Positions 1 through 13,800 of a stretch of 64,000 nt of DNA are shown piece by piece. Location: positions 806,001 to 870,000 of the forward strand of contig OY253684.1 of NCBI GenBank assembly GCA_958009085.1, given 5' to 3'. Numbering within the stretch: the stretch's first letter is position 1; each line of letters begins with the position of its first letter. The notes beneath the pieces were generated by a model. It was given only the letters and a program-made list of their open reading frames with translations. It had not been told where the DNA came from and did not search any database. The position numbers were made by a program, and so were the translations under genes. This DNA is from Protoeuglena noctilucae. Its lineage: Eukaryota.

Positions 1-3000
1 CATGCAGAGGCAGTTGGGGCATGGCCCCTGAGGCCCGGTGCCCTCGCACAGCAGCAGGTCGCCGCCCAGCCCGCACGAGATGCAGTGGTACGCCCAGTGA
101 CCCGCGTCCGCATCCGCCTCCGCAGCCGGCGGGGGCGGCGGTGCGGCGCTGGCTGCGCGCTTGCTGCCCGGCGTTGGCGCCTGCACCTCCGCAGCGCGTT
201 TGGCGGCGCCCCGGGTCGCGTGGGGGTCCGCAGCGCTTTTGGCCATGAGCCCGTTGCGCTCCAGGTAAGCGAAGAGGATGGCGGAGCGGTCGCGGAGTAC
301 GGCGGCGGAGTAGGTGGCGAGCTCGAGGGACCCGCGGGTGATGGCTGCCGCGACGTCCCCCTGCCATATGCGTCTCTCGTTGAGGTTGTGCCACAGCTTG
401 CCCGGGTGCTTGGGGTCGTCGTCGTCGATCTCCTGGGCCACCAGGGGCACCACGCGCGTCATGCGCACTGCAATTGAGGGGGGGAGATGGGAGAGGTGAG
501 ATGAGAGGTGGGGTGAGAGAGGTGCTTGGTGGGTGCAGCAGTCATGCGCACTGGGGGGGTGGGTGGGGTCGCGTCACATGCACCCTGCATTTGGGGGGGG
601 GGAGATGAGAGGGGTGGGGTGGGAGAGGGGGTCGTTATGTGCAACAGCCATGCGCACCGCGGGGTGGGTGGGGTCGTGTCATGCACATTGCCCCAGTCCG
701 TCCCACTGCCCCCATCCATCACACCGCCCCACAACGCACTTGACACCCTCATGTCACCAGTCACTCACCCGCCACCCTGTCTTCTTCATCCTCCGGCCGC
801 CTCTTCCTCCTCCCCCGCTTGCGCTTCTCCTCCATGGCAGCAGCGCCGCGGGGGGCACTGTCGCCGCGGCCACGGCTGGCGTAGCGGGGGGCGGACTGCG
901 AGGGGTGGGAAGGGGTGGGGGACTATGGGGTGGGGATGGAGGCGCGGCTGTTATGCGAGACAAGCGCCGAGTTGTCAATGACTGGCGACCAGTTCCTGTG
1001 CTGTATCGCTTCCTGTATTGCACACACAGTCCCCTCACAGTCCCTTATCGCTTCCACCAGTCCCGTCTCTCCCATCCCACCCCTCACCTCCTCCCCCTGC
1101 AAGTCCTGCATGGATCCGTCCCACTCCATCCCCACGTCCGGACTCGCCGCACGCGCCAACTCTTGCGCACCACCACTGCCGCCACCACCGCTGCCACCGC
1201 CACTCGCACCGCCACTCGCACCCCGCCCGCCACCGCCACTCGCACCACCACCACCCGCGCCACGACCTTGTGCGTCCGCTCCTGGCCCTCCCTGCACCTC
1301 GTTCCACTCTGGGCTGAGCCTCTCGGCGTCCACCGGGTGCATGTCCTTGACCCTGTCTGACAGGGCAATCCCCGTCAGATTGTCGATGGGGTCGGGGGCG
1401 GCGCCAGTGACGGCCGTGGCGCGGTTGTCCAGGCGAGTGATGGCCATCTCAATGACCGTCTGCGGGGTGGCAGTTGTGTTATGGACACGGGTGATGTTAA
1501 TTAAAGAGAGAGTTGCAGGGCAGAGGGGGCATACCATGACCGTCATGCGCACGGGCTGCCCCTCACCATGCACTCGCACAAACTGCGCACGTCCTGGATC
1601 GCCTGCACCCGCGACTGGAAATCCGAGAGGGACAGGTCCCCCAGGTCACCCCCCGCGCGCCAGACCTGCGTGTCAGGAAACGATCCTCGATGTTCACATT
1701 GATAATCAGATCTGCAGCTAATCCATGCTCGTCCATGTCTCGACTCCAACTCACAGACCCAGCAACCCCACCGCCATCCCCCCCCGCCCCGCTCGCCACC
1801 ACTCCCTGCCCACCCCCCACCACCACCTCTCTGCTACCCTCTGCCCCTCACCTGCTGCGCCATCTGGTCCAGCAACAGACCCATGGCGTTCGCCCACCCC
1901 GCCTGCACCTGCGCCGTCGCCTGTGCCCGCTCCTCCTGCCCCACCGCACGCATCGACCCGACCAGCCCCAGCGAACCCTGCTCTCGCCCCACGCCGTCCT
2001 CCAGGCCCGTCAAGTGCGTCGTCCTCTCCCCGTACTCCTCTTCCTTGTCACGCAACCCCGGCAACGCACCACCATGCACCCCACCCCCATGCACTGCCCC
2101 GTGCATCTCTGAACCCAGGACAGGGCCCGTGGGCATCACTCGATCCACCCCGCAGTCCTCCGGACTAGCCATCCCCGCCGCCAGCGCCCCAGCGGGCACG
2201 TTGGCGCCCGTACTGGGCGTGCTCTGCTCCGCCGCCCCCGGCGCCACCCCCATGCCGCGCCGGCCCTGCCCCGCACCACCCCCGCCCTCGTCGCCCGCCG
2301 CAGCGCCCGCCGCCGTCTCCGCGCCGGAGCTGGCGCGCCCCCGCGCCCCCTCGGCGCCCTGCCCCGCACCGCCCGGCGGCGACAGGGCCGCAACAAGCAG
2401 CGTGTACCTGGCAAGCAGCGCCCTTCGCAGTGGCCCCTCCCTCTCGCCCCGCACCAGCATCGATAGGATGGCGGCGTCGAGCTCGGCGCGGGTCGTCAGG
2501 ACGCGCCACTCGGGGGGCGCGGCTGCTGGGCTTGGTGTTTCTGGCAACGCCTCTGGCGTGTCGAGCGTGGGGGACGAGGCGGGGCGGGGCATGGACGAAA
2601 TGGAGCGGTGGGGGGGGCAGGGGAGGGAGCGGACGCCCCATGGATCCATCTGGGGGGCAGGAGGGGATGTGAAAGAGGTTTGGTGCATGATAGTGGGAGA
2701 TGATTGCGTGAGAGAGAGCCAGGGAGCCACCCCAGGCTTGGCAGCCACCAAGCAGCCACCCAAGCCCAAAAGTGTGCCCCTTCTCACCTCGGGGTCTTGC
2801 ACGAGGATGCACGATGGCTCCGAGAGCAGCCACGTCCACCGACAGAAGTACCGGTCGGTCCCGAGGGGCTCGGTGCGAGTGGCGGCAATAGACGCGACAT
2901 CCGCGAAGGCACCCGGGATGCCGTCCGGGGTAGCCAGCGGCGCGGCGAGGCTCGGAGAGAGGCGGGAGAGGCCCACGCGGGAGGCGGAGGGGCCCATGGC

Positions 3001-6000
3001 TGGCAGGGTGGGGGTGCGCGGGACGGGCGCAGCCGCATCGGCAGCGGAGGTGGCGCCGAGGGCAGGCAGCGAGCCCGCGAATGCCGGGAGGGCCGGGCCC
3101 GGTCCGCGCGACGTGGCGAAGTTCATGCTCGCCGTCGAGTCGTGAGCACGGAAGCCGATGGGGTCGCCTGACGTAGCGGAGGGGTGGGGGCCGCCTGGGG
3201 TGGCGTTGCGGTCGAGCGACGTGGGGTTGGGTGGAGTGGCGAGGGCGGTGGGCGGGGCGCGGCCGGGCATGAGGGAGAGGTTGTTGTTGCTGGCGGCAGT
3301 GGGGAGCAAGGACATCGGGGGGAGGGTCGTGGGGACCTGCGGGGGGTAGACAGCACAGCACAGTCGGCAGTGAGCGACTTTAAACGCTAGCAAACGCAGC
3401 CAATGCACAGACCATCGCATCCTTTCCACAGACATCCTTTCCGCTAATCCTCGCGTCCCAGCAAACGCAGCCACAGCACCCTTCCCCACCCTCCCACTCC
3501 AGCCATCGCAGCCACTGCACCCATCCCACGGACATCACACACCTGAGCCCCACCCCCCTCATCCCCGCGCGCCCATTCGCTGTCCGGCGGCATCGCCTCC
3601 TGCGCTGACCGCCCCGCCCCGCCAGCCTCCAAGCTGCCACCCTCAGACATGGCCGGCGTCATGCTATTCAGCACCATGTCTTGCACCGACGCCCTCCCAA
3701 ACGCCCCACGCATGCTCACGTCCGCACCCACGGCCCCAGACTCCCCCATGCCGGCGTTGCCAGTCCCCGTGCCAGTGTTCAGTGCCCCGCCCAGGTGACC
3801 CGTGGCGGGGAGAAGGCTCACGGCACTCGCGCTGCCCAGCAGAGTTCCCACGCCCGCTCCCGCCCCCCGCCGGTGCGCGTCGGATCGCAGGCGAGCCTCG
3901 TCGGCCCTGGCGGCCGCCGCCAATCGCTGGTCCATCACTGCTCTGAGCTCCGCGGTGTCTGCTGCATCGTCACAGAGCGCTCTCAGTGCGCGTGCCAGCT
4001 CTGTGGCCGTCAGGGCGTGGAGGGGCGCCTGGCCCATGCGTGCCGCCGTGCGCACCAGCCACACCTCGCCGTCCACGGCGGTCGTGTCACTGGGGAGGTC
4101 GCCGATGCTGCGGGGGCGATGGGGAGGTAGACGGTCAATGCTTGTTACAAATGTGCTGTGCCAACATCAAAGTCATGTAATACACAGATACGGCTGCACT
4201 GCAATCCAAGCCGAACAAGATTATCACTGCGAACCTATCCTCCCATCAGAGCACCAAGACTGTCAGCACTCATACAATACAATCACGCCCCTCTCCTCCA
4301 CCGCCATTCGCACAGCCGCTCACTTGAGGATGTCGAGGAAGTGCCGTGGATCAAAGTCCTTAAGTCCCCGCGTAAAGAGCACCGCGCGTCGGAAGACCTC
4401 AGGCCACACCGCCTCCTGCAGGATGCGCAGCCACCGCTTGACGCGGGACCCCTTGGGTGAGGTGTCCTTGCTCGCGAGCTCCTGGGAAGGAGTCGAGGAG
4501 AAGGGCAGGGGATGAGATGAAATGAGGTGCGGTGAGGTGAGGTGAGACGAGGTGAGACGACCGGTGTGTTTGTGGCAATGCGTCTGTCGCGATGTGTCAC
4601 CACCCTCACCCTCACGCTCACCCACCGTAGGTCCCCCACAAGCCCCCTCTCACCTGCAACAACACCCGCAGGAGCCCCACGAACAACCTCCCGACGAGGG
4701 GGTGGCTCGGCCCCTCCAGCACCGCCTGTGCGACGTCCGATGGCCGCATCGGGCGCACCCCCAGTGCCTGGCTGAACGCAGCTGTGAACTCCGCCACGCA
4801 GACGCAGTCCTCAAACGCCTCGCGGGGCAGGTAGCCCGGGTCGGCGACGAGCGGGGGCAGCGGAGGGGTGCACGCCTGGGCCGAGAGGGCCGCGGCGGCC
4901 CGGGTGCATTCCTGGGCCAACGCACGCAGGCGTGCGGCCACAGCGGGGGCGGTCGGCGCGAGCGGGGCGGCGTCGGCCGGGTCGGCGCCGATGGCGGGAC
5001 CGAGTGGGACGGCCACGCCCTCCTCCTCCGCCCACTCCTCCAAAACCGCGTCCCCCGGGCCCTGCGCCAGCCAACGCAGGGGCAGCCCCGGGGCCCGCAG
5101 CAGCGCCTCGGGCCACTCCACGGGGCCGTCTGCGCTGAGCCCGGACGCGGCTGCCGTGGCTTCCAGCCGCTCTGCCTCGGCCAGGCAGCAAGCCGCGTGT
5201 GACCGCAGCCGATCTGCGTCCAGCTCCGCCTCCCGAACCGCCTCTTGATCCTCCAGGAACCTGAAACGAGCGGAAGAACAGATAACTCTATTGTCTATTG
5301 TTGAGACCGGGCTGGGTCAACAGATTAGATCGACACGCGCGGCACCCTGTCACGTTTGTCTCGCAACCCCCGCATGTGATCTCATGCCGCAATACCCATC
5401 ACCCCCGACTCACTTGGGCACCGACACGCGCCGCGCTTCCGCCAACTTCCGATCCCGCACCGCGTCCCGGGCCCCCGACCCCCGAGCCGCGCCACCCCCG
5501 CCACGCCCGCCCGTGCGCCCACCGCCCTTGCCCACCGACTGCGCGCCCTCTCCCCCGTCCTCTCCCCCGCTCATCGCCGCCCGCTTCTTGCCTCCGCGCT
5601 CCTGCGAGCCTCCTTGGCTCCCGGACGGCACCGCCCGGCAGTGTGCACACCATGCGCCTGGTGCCTCTCCCAAGCACGCAGGGTGGAAGCCTCGAGCACA
5701 GGCCGGGCACGTCGCCGCCGCCGCTCCCGCTACGTCCAAGCCCTGCCCACACGCCTGCGGGAGTCGGGAGGACAGCTGTGAGACGACGTGAGATGGCTGT
5801 GTGACATGCTAGTACAACAGCTGCGACGTGCAATGCCACGACCCCCCCCAATCCAACAAGCCCGGTTCCCACATCTCCCCCATACAGCAACACCTTAGAT
5901 GCTGGCAGCAACATCCCGTCCTCGCCCCATTCCCTTACATCCCTCCCAACAGGCATGTGCAAGTTGCAACACGCGCCCATTCGACCACTACGCACCGGGC

Positions 6001-8017
6001 ACGTGACTCCGTCCCAGACGAGATTCGGGGCAGAGCGGATTTTTTTCCTCGCCGGTTCGGAGACCGCGGGGGCCAAGACCGACAAAGCAAAGCGCCCCTT
6101 GGACAGCTTGGTGAACACGGGGTCGCCCCCGCATGCGGCCGTTACGAGTGACCGCGCACTCTTGGCGCTCGGCCAGTCTCGCAGCCCCTGGTCCTGCATC
6201 TCATCCACGATCTGCTTCACCGTCATTCCCTCCTCGCCCGCCTCCCACAACACCTGCGAGGGTCAGATCGGAGGGCTGTCGGTCGCTGGCCCAACCAACG
6301 AGCCGTCAAGAGGCTGTAAATCACTTGACTGTCCAATTGACATCAATTGCGCAATCAGTCAAGCCTCTTGTAGTATGCAACCCAGGTACACAGGCTGTCA
6401 GCCTCGCCACCCATCCTTCAGCCTCCGCCCCTCCCAACCCCACAACGTATCCAAGCCTCACCTGGACGATGCCGTGTTTCACGTGACCCTCCGGATAGCG
6501 GCTGAGCAACTCCTGCAGCTCCGACGCGGGCCGAACGTCCCGGGGATGCCCCGCATCCTCGTGAACCAACAGCTCCGCCCTCGCCCCAACCGACGCCGCG
6601 CCGCGGACGGGCGCCGCCGCGCCGTGGGACGACGCCCCGAGGTTCGGAGAGGGCGCACCGGCGGAGCGGCCCGCGCTGGCGCCCCGGCCGGAGGAAGAGG
6701 GTGCGCCTGCGGTGCGCTCCCCGCTGGATGCCGGGCCGGGCACTGGCCAGGGCCCAGGGACCATTTGGCGCGGCCCCGGTGCCGGCCCCGTCTGTTGCCG
6801 AGGCACGACGTGGGCTAGGACGGCCTCTGGGATGGTGGCCGTGATGCCGTAGGCCTGGGCCAGCTCGGGGTGCACCGCCCAGATGCGGTGGAGGTTGGGG
6901 ATCCCCCGCACCGCCAGCTCGATCGTGCTGGCGCGGACGAACGCCTGGATCTGCGCCTCCGTCACCTGCGCGCGCGCGGCAGCAGACGGGGCGGTTACAT
7001 ACACAAGTCTCAACCGGCAACAAACGCATGTTAGGGTGAGTGCAACCCAAGCCAGCTGACCGGGCAGCAGCCATCACGCTTTGCACATTCGCAATCGCTC
7101 GTCATTGACGTTTCCGCTAGCCTCGGAGCCCCCATGGTGGCAACACAGGCCCAGGGCCGATGCATAGGAACACCGATCATCGCAGCCCCACCCCGTCGCA
7201 CCTGTGGGTAGCGCTGCAGGTGCGCGCCCGGCGCCTGCGCCATCTGGCCGTCCGGTAGCCGCAGTTGGTATAGGGTTTGCCCGTCCGGTGCGGGATCCTC
7301 CACGGCCGGCAGCTGCTGCACCAGGCGCATGAGCTTGGCGGAGCGTGGGGGCGGCGAGATGTCGGTGCGCATGCTGGAGATGCTGACGACCTCCGCTGGC
7401 ACAGGTGCGCCGTCCCCCAGGGTGGCGATCACGCGTTCGCCCGGCATGAAGAGCCTGCAGGGGCCGGGAAGCCACATGAAGTGCAGCGGTGCTGGCGTGC
7501 TCGCTGGGCCGATCGCGCTGGAAAACGCCCGCAAGCCGCGCACTGAGTGCTTGATAGTTGTGGGACCAACGAGACCGGCCAGAGACCCGCGGGCAGCGGC
7601 GCCGAGGCACTGCAGCGGGGCTGCAGCGCCGGGCGACCGGTTCCAGGCGAGCCCCGCACCTGGTCAGGTAGTCCAGGACCTCACGCGAAATGGCGGTGAG
7701 GTCGGCCATGGCGTGGTGGATGTGCAGGAGGACCGGGCCGTGCAGATGCGCCGGAAGCATGTCCGCTGCGCACGGGGCACGAGTTCCTGGTCGGGAAATA
7801 CGTCGCTGCGCTGATCCGGCGGGCCGAAGAAACCACACCGCGACTGGGTCTCTCCCCCGTCGAGTCGCCCGCGGGTCGCTCTGCCGGGTCGGGCTCCCCG
7901 GGCTCGTGCAAGGGGAACCTAGGGCACGCAGCGCGCAGCTGGGCAGGGCAGCTCACCAAGCTGCTGCCCGGCCGCGCCCGGAGGCCTATGGTCCGGCTGC
8001 AGCGCGTGGAACGACAT
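1..8017 (-). CDS. Multi-exon DDT/WHIM chromatin-remodelling partner protein (ACF1/WSTF/RLT-like); 3' end runs off the window
   Basis: Spliced translation gives a WAC-like region (LPAHLHGPVLLHIHH..RLFMPGERV), a HARE-HTH domain (PEGHVKHGIVQ|VLWEAGEEGMTVKQIVDEMQDQGLRDW..FTKLSKGRFAL), a PHD finger (CPACARGFHPACLG..WCAHC), DDT (AFEDCVCVAEFTAAFSQALGV..LFVGLLRVLL), WHIM1 (ELARALRALCDDAADTAELR), WHIM2/3 (RTEPLGTDRYFCRW; WRVLTTRAELD..GEREGPLRRAL) and a second Cys finger at 1-100 (CISCGLGGDLLLCEG..CPNCLC). Start ATG at 8017 is inferred. Confidence 0.8.
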
Positions 8018-8551
8018 GGCGCCCGGAAAGCCGCCCGATCTCCATGGGCGGGGAGGAGCGTCCTGCACCTGGCCTTTCCAGGGCTGTGGACCACGTTCAA
8101 AGGGCCGAGCGTCGCGCGCGTCCCGCGAGGGAACGGCGGGGACACGAGAAAAAGATTAAATTAAGCTTTCCTCCTCGTCTGCGGCTCGGACGGGATCGCG
8201 GTGCGTCGGACCTCAACCTTCCGCGGTCGATGGAACGCGGAATCCCGATCACGGGGCGCAGCGCAAGTCTCTCAGCCCGCAACTATACCGACATTGTGCC
8301 ACCGGAGCGGGACATCGGTGCTGCGCCCCAGCCCCACGCGTGGGGGGGAGCCCCAAACCTCACCGAGGGCGCTCACCAAGCGTGACACTGCCAAATGCAG
8401 CCTCGGACCCCGCACATTCACCACCCACAAACGGCCTTTCTCGGCAGGAGCTCCACCAGCGGCTTGAAGCATGGCGAGACGGAGTCGCCAGTGCTGGCGT
8501 CAGAAGCGCTCGTTCAAAGACCTAAGGGCCCGGCATCGGCAGCTGCGGCCT

Positions 8552-9919
8552 CTACACTGTGTACTCGCCCGGCCCCGGCAGCGGGAAGAGCGATGTGCCA
8601 CCCAGGCTCTTCCCGGTCTCTCCGCGCTTGATCTCGACGGGCTTGATCTCCGAGAAGCGGTCGCCCGACCCGAACTTGAAGCCGCTCGAGTTCTTCTTCT
8701 TCGACAGCCGCTGCGGGCGAGGGACTCGTCTCTCTTCCACGCTTGACCCAGGCTCGGCAGTGAGCGGCAACACGTGCATGCCCGTCGACCTCGCCCAGCT
8801 GCACCCACCTGCTGGCCGATGGATGACACCGGGTCGTAGTTGGGTCCCGGGGAGTGTTGTCCCTGCCACTCCTTCTCGTGCTGGGGCGAGTAGTAGAGCT
8901 TGGAGCGCTTGTCACGCGTGTCGGTGCCGATCTTGCCCGTGGGGGCCGTGGCCTTGCGAGACACGAGCTGCCGACCGAAGGACGACCCCTGGGTGTAGTC
9001 GCCCGGGCCCGGGTTCCTCAGGTACGACGGCACGTTGCCGGGGGTGCCCTGCTTCATGGGGTCATACCGGCCCCCCTTGCCGGAGAAGCTGTACGACGGA
9101 GCGTCCCCGAGGTTGCCCGCGGGCATCTTGCCGTCGCCCACCACATGGCTGCGGAAGACAAATCCGTGGGACAACTTCGGCAAAGCTGAGCTCACTGTGC
9201 TAGCGAGGGACGATGCTAGCAAAGGGTTCGTACACCGGGGGTGCATGCGTGTGCAGGCGTCTCGCCTGGGGCAGTAGAAGTCGGCCCAGAAGTCGGACTT
9301 GAAGTTGCTCCAGCGATTGCCCGTCTTGAACTTGGCCGTCTCGAAGTTGCCCCTTGTGGACAGGAGCTGGGGGCCTAGGGAAGACGGCGCCGTGTAGGAG
9401 CCAGGGCCGGGCCCCGGGTCCGCGGGGAGCACCGACAGATCGCCTCGAGCCCTGCGTGGAGTCAAGCGAGCGAGGTTGGCTTCCAGATGACAGCCGGTGT
9501 CAGCACGGGCGCTGCGGGAGGCCTTCCAAGCAGCCTACGACCCTCGGTGGATGGTCCATGGCAAGGCCCAAAGCGCAGTCGGCCTGCGCTGCGCACCCGA
9601 AGCGGTAGGACGGAGACGTGGCGTTCTTGGACAGGACCTGGGACCCCAGGGCAGACTTGGGGTCATAGTTGAAGCCCGGGGACACGGTCCCAAGCAGCAA
9701 GTCGTCGCATCCCTCCAAGTAGACGGGGTCGCTGCGCTTGGACGTCCCAAACTTGGTCTGCGGAGGGGGAGATGGGGATTGTTTCATAGCGCTTTTGCGC
9801 CTGGCGAGGCATCCAACCCACACCCTTTGCGCCCTCACGTAGGGGGCCGTCTGTCGCTTGGAAAGGACTTGCGTGCCGAAAGTCGACTTGGTCCCGCCAA
9901 TCTCCACCGAGGTCGTCAT
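8552..9919 (-). CDS. ODF3/SHIPPO (sperm-tail PG-rich repeat) flagellar protein
   Basis: Repeated PGPGxY motifs (PGPGSY, PGPGDY, SPGPNY, PGPGEY) separated by SxKxTAPxxxFG-type segments. ATG at 9919, TAG stop at 8552, about 4 short introns. Confidence 0.75.
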
Positions 9920-10873
9920 GGTCGCGGGGCACGGGCGCGGTGAGCGCGCGCCGGGTGGCGTGCAGGTGCTGGGGGCAGGGCTGCCGGGCGCGGCGTCGCG
10001 GCGCAAACGGGCAGCTTGACAACTAGCGCGGCGTATGCGCGTTGAAAAGGAGACGGCTACTGTGCGAGCGCTCACCCGCAGCGCCCCCCGCTCAGCGGGC
10101 TCGCGACACCAACACCTCAGCTGCAAGGCCCCCTTGCGCGCTCGTGCCCGCAGTGGAGACCTGCAGACGAGTCACGAGCAGGCTGATAATGAGACGAAGA
10201 ATATCTCAACGCAGTCTGGGGGCGCAAAGTCAACCGTGCAGCCCGCTTCAGGCACTCCCATGTGCCTGCCGGGCATCGCATCTCGCGGCCCTTGTGCGTA
10301 GGCAGGGGCGGCCATAGGCAGCGCTGACCGGTCATAACAAGCCTCCTCGTCACAGCCTCTATCAGAATCGCCATGCCGACGTTTAGCTGCGTCCCCAGGC
10401 GTTGGACGGTAGGTGCATGTCGGCCCCCAGTCACCTGGGTGTCGCCTTGAACGGCGTGCACTTTTAGTAAATGCGTCCACTGAAATGTCAAGCGTCATCG
10501 CCGGGACTTCGGTCGCCGGTCAGCGGGGAAGGACCACAGCCAGTCGGACGGAGGCTGACACGGGCCGATCCTTGCGGGATGGGGCATCCTTGCTGTCGGG
10601 GATTGCCCAGATGCGGTGCGCACCATCGTCGGCGCAGCTCGGCGACTCGATCCGGCCTGAGGTGACAGGTAGTATGCGTGCGCTGGGCATCCGCGCTCCT
10701 CTTGCGACCGCTGGGAACGACGGGATTTCCTCGCGGTTCTCGGTGGCAACATTGGGCTCCTGGTCCCGTCGCTGGTCTCGTCTCATCGCTCCAGTCGCCT
10801 CCCCCGCAGTGGTTGACCCTTCCGGGGCCCGTTGCGTCGCCGTCGCTCGACAATCGATCATCTGGCGATAGGC

Positions 10874-13800
10874 ATGCTGAGGAGTGTCGGCAAGAGGGCC
10901 TTGAAGGTGATCACACAGGGGCATTGACGGCCGCATCGCCCGATAACTGCTCAGCGTCCCTGTGGGCGCGCGTGGAGAGCGCTGGTCGCCACTTTCGTGC
11001 CTGGGCCCCACGCAGGTCGGCCTCTGGATTGGGGGCCTGGCCGCGCTCGGCCACGTCGTGGAGCGCTACCAGTTCGCGAAGACGACCAAGCTGCCCAAGG
11101 CGTTTGTACTTGACGTCGACTTTGACGACCACCAGGGTGCGCGCCGCCCGCTGCGCCATCGCGGTGCGAGAGAAACTAGTGCTCTCTACTTGCGACGCCA
11201 CTCGGTGTCCCCGTGCGCGCAGTGGTCGAGACGGCTCCGAGCAAGGTGGAGCAGATTTTCAGGCCGAGCAAGAAGTACGAGCTGCGCAGTCTGCTGGAGC
11301 ACATCGCCGCGGCGGGGAACGACAATCGCGTCAAGCTGCTGGAAGGTGCAGGCGGGGGAAACCCGGGTAGACTAGGCGGGCGTCTCTCGTTTTACGCTTT
11401 GCAAACACCAGCGTTTCTCCTCGACTCCGCAGTGCGCCTGGGCCTCGGTGCGCCGAAGGTGTCCGGCCTCGCGACCATCCAGGACATCCGCGACGCGATC
11501 CACGCGTTCCGGGACGCAGCGGGCGACCGGGGAGCCCTGGCCGTCGCCCATGCACAGAGCTACGGGGGCGCGGCGAACGGCACGCCCGCCTATCTGATCG
11601 CCTCCGCCTGTGACAAGGTGCGTGGCGATTAGCACATACATGCTGGGCCACCGCATCACCCAGCACACGCACCCACCCCCATACCCACCACCCACACTCG
11701 ACACCCCACCCCACTCTCCCTCGTTCTCCACCCCCCCAGGTGTGGGTGATGCCCACGGGCCGCCTGAGTCTCCTGGGCGTGGCATCCCAGCAGGTCTTTG
11801 CGCGTGGGTTGCTGGACAAGTACCACATTGAGTTCGTATGTGCCAAGCGGCGCGAATACAAGAACGCCGCCAACATGCTCACGGAGGCGAGGGGGCGTGT
11901 GTGGTGGTCGTTGCATTGTGGTTGTAGCAGCGTGCTTGTCAGTTGTAGCTGACCATGCGTGCTCACGTGCTCACGGAGGCGATGGGGCATGCGTTCGTGA
12001 CTTATGTGTTAGTTGGACTGTACACCCGCACCCACACCCACACTGCCACCCACACCCACACCCACACCCACACCCACACCCACACTCTCACCCACACCCA
12101 CACTGCCACCCACACCCACACCCACACCCACACTCTCACCCACACCCCACACTGCCACCCAAACCCACACACACAGCACCCCCACCCCCCATTCCCGCAG
12201 ACGGGCTTCACGAAGCAGCATCGCGAGGCGACTGAGCACATCCTGCAAGAGGCTTACACGCTCATCTGCGAGGCACTCCAGTCGGACCGATCCCTGCGCC
12301 AGCGGCTGGTGTGGTGGGCGATGCGGGAGGCGCCGCTGAGCGCCGCGGACGCTCTGCGCTACGGCTTTGTGAGCGAGGTGGTGGCGGCTTCGGATGTTAC
12401 AAGGAAGCTGGTGGACGCGGCGCATGACGGCATGCGGGGGTGGGTCAAGCGGGAGGCGAAGAAGGACGAGGGGGAGCTTGCGCAGGGGTGGGAGAAGGTG
12501 AGGGGCTTGGGAGGGTGCATGGGGGTGGGAGTGCGCATGCTTGGTGGGAGATGGTGGGAGGTGGGACGAGGCGATGGGGGTAAGTGATGGCAAACAGTGG
12601 AATCACGCGTGGGTACTCATAATTACAATAACGTTATAAAGCAGTTGGTATAGCAGTTCGCATCAACCTCCCCTTTCCCATCTCCCCACTCAGGTGGTGG
12701 ACGCGGTGGTGGATGCCTCAACCATCGGTCGCGTGTCGCTGGGTCGCTACATCAAGGCGTGCATGGCTAAGGAGGCACAGGCGGACAGGCGCTTTGAGAG
12801 AGAAGAGGCCTGGGGGCAGCTGCGGAAGGCGGTGGGCGAGGCGTGGGACGAGGTGTGGGGTGCGAGGGAGGGTGGGGAGGAGGGGGCGGAGGGGTTGAGC
12901 GGGATCAAGAGGGAGAAGGGGAAGCTGCCTTTGGGGGAGAGCGAGGAGGCGGGCAAGGGGGCGGAGAGCGGTGGGGAGGGGGCCAAGGCGGCGCCCACGC
13001 ACACGACGGTGGCGGTGGTGACAGGTGAACGGTTGGGGTTGGTGGGGTGATGTGGGAGTGGTTGGAGTGGTGATGGGTGCATGGTGGGTGTGGGAGTGGA
13101 AGGCGTGGTGACAGGTGCGGGGTGGGGGTGGTGGGGTGATGTGGGAGTAGTGGGAGTGGTGACAGGTGCGGGAGTGGGAATGGTGGTGCGTGTGGTGGGG
13201 TGCCGTGCGAGTGGTGGCGGTGGTGACGGGTGCGTTTGGTGTATGGGTGGTGTGAGAGGTGGAATGGAAGGTGCGTAGCTGAGAGTGGTGTTGACTAAGA
13301 CGATGTCTTAGCCGCGAACACCGTCTCTCCTCCCCCGCAGCTGCCGGCCCCATCTACGACGGTCGGAGGAGCGAGACGCAGCGGCAGGGGGCGGGTGTGT
13401 ACGCGGCAGACTTCGTCAAGACGCTGGTGAGCGTGGGTGGATGGGGGTATGTGCACGATGGTGGCTTTGTATGTCAGGGCGCTAGTTAGCGCAGGTGGGG
13501 GTACGTGCATGACACACCACCCCTCTCATTCCCGTTCTGAGATATCATCAATGCCTCAAATATCATCAACAACTCGTGCCTCACCCCCGCAGAGCGATGT
13601 TGCCAAGGACGAGTCGGTGTCGGTGGTGCTGCTGCGGGTGAACAGCCCCGGGGGGTCGGCCGCCGCGTCGGAGCTCATCGCCAGGAAGATACAGGAGATG
13701 AAGTGAGCAATGGGGATGGGGGATGTTAGTTACTGAGCCAACCCACTTCCCTCTTCTCGTCTTCCCTACCACGCCGCCACCCCACGGCGCTACCACAAGC

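Noticed and set aside
10020..10870. ORFs between the ODF3-like gene and sppA
   Set aside because: No recognisable motifs or convincing splice structure. More likely a divergent promoter/UTR region.
12021..12190. Interstitial telomeric repeats
   Set aside because: The unit is CCCACA-like, not the TTTAGGG-type repeat typical of green algae, and its orientation follows gene strand and acceptor position.
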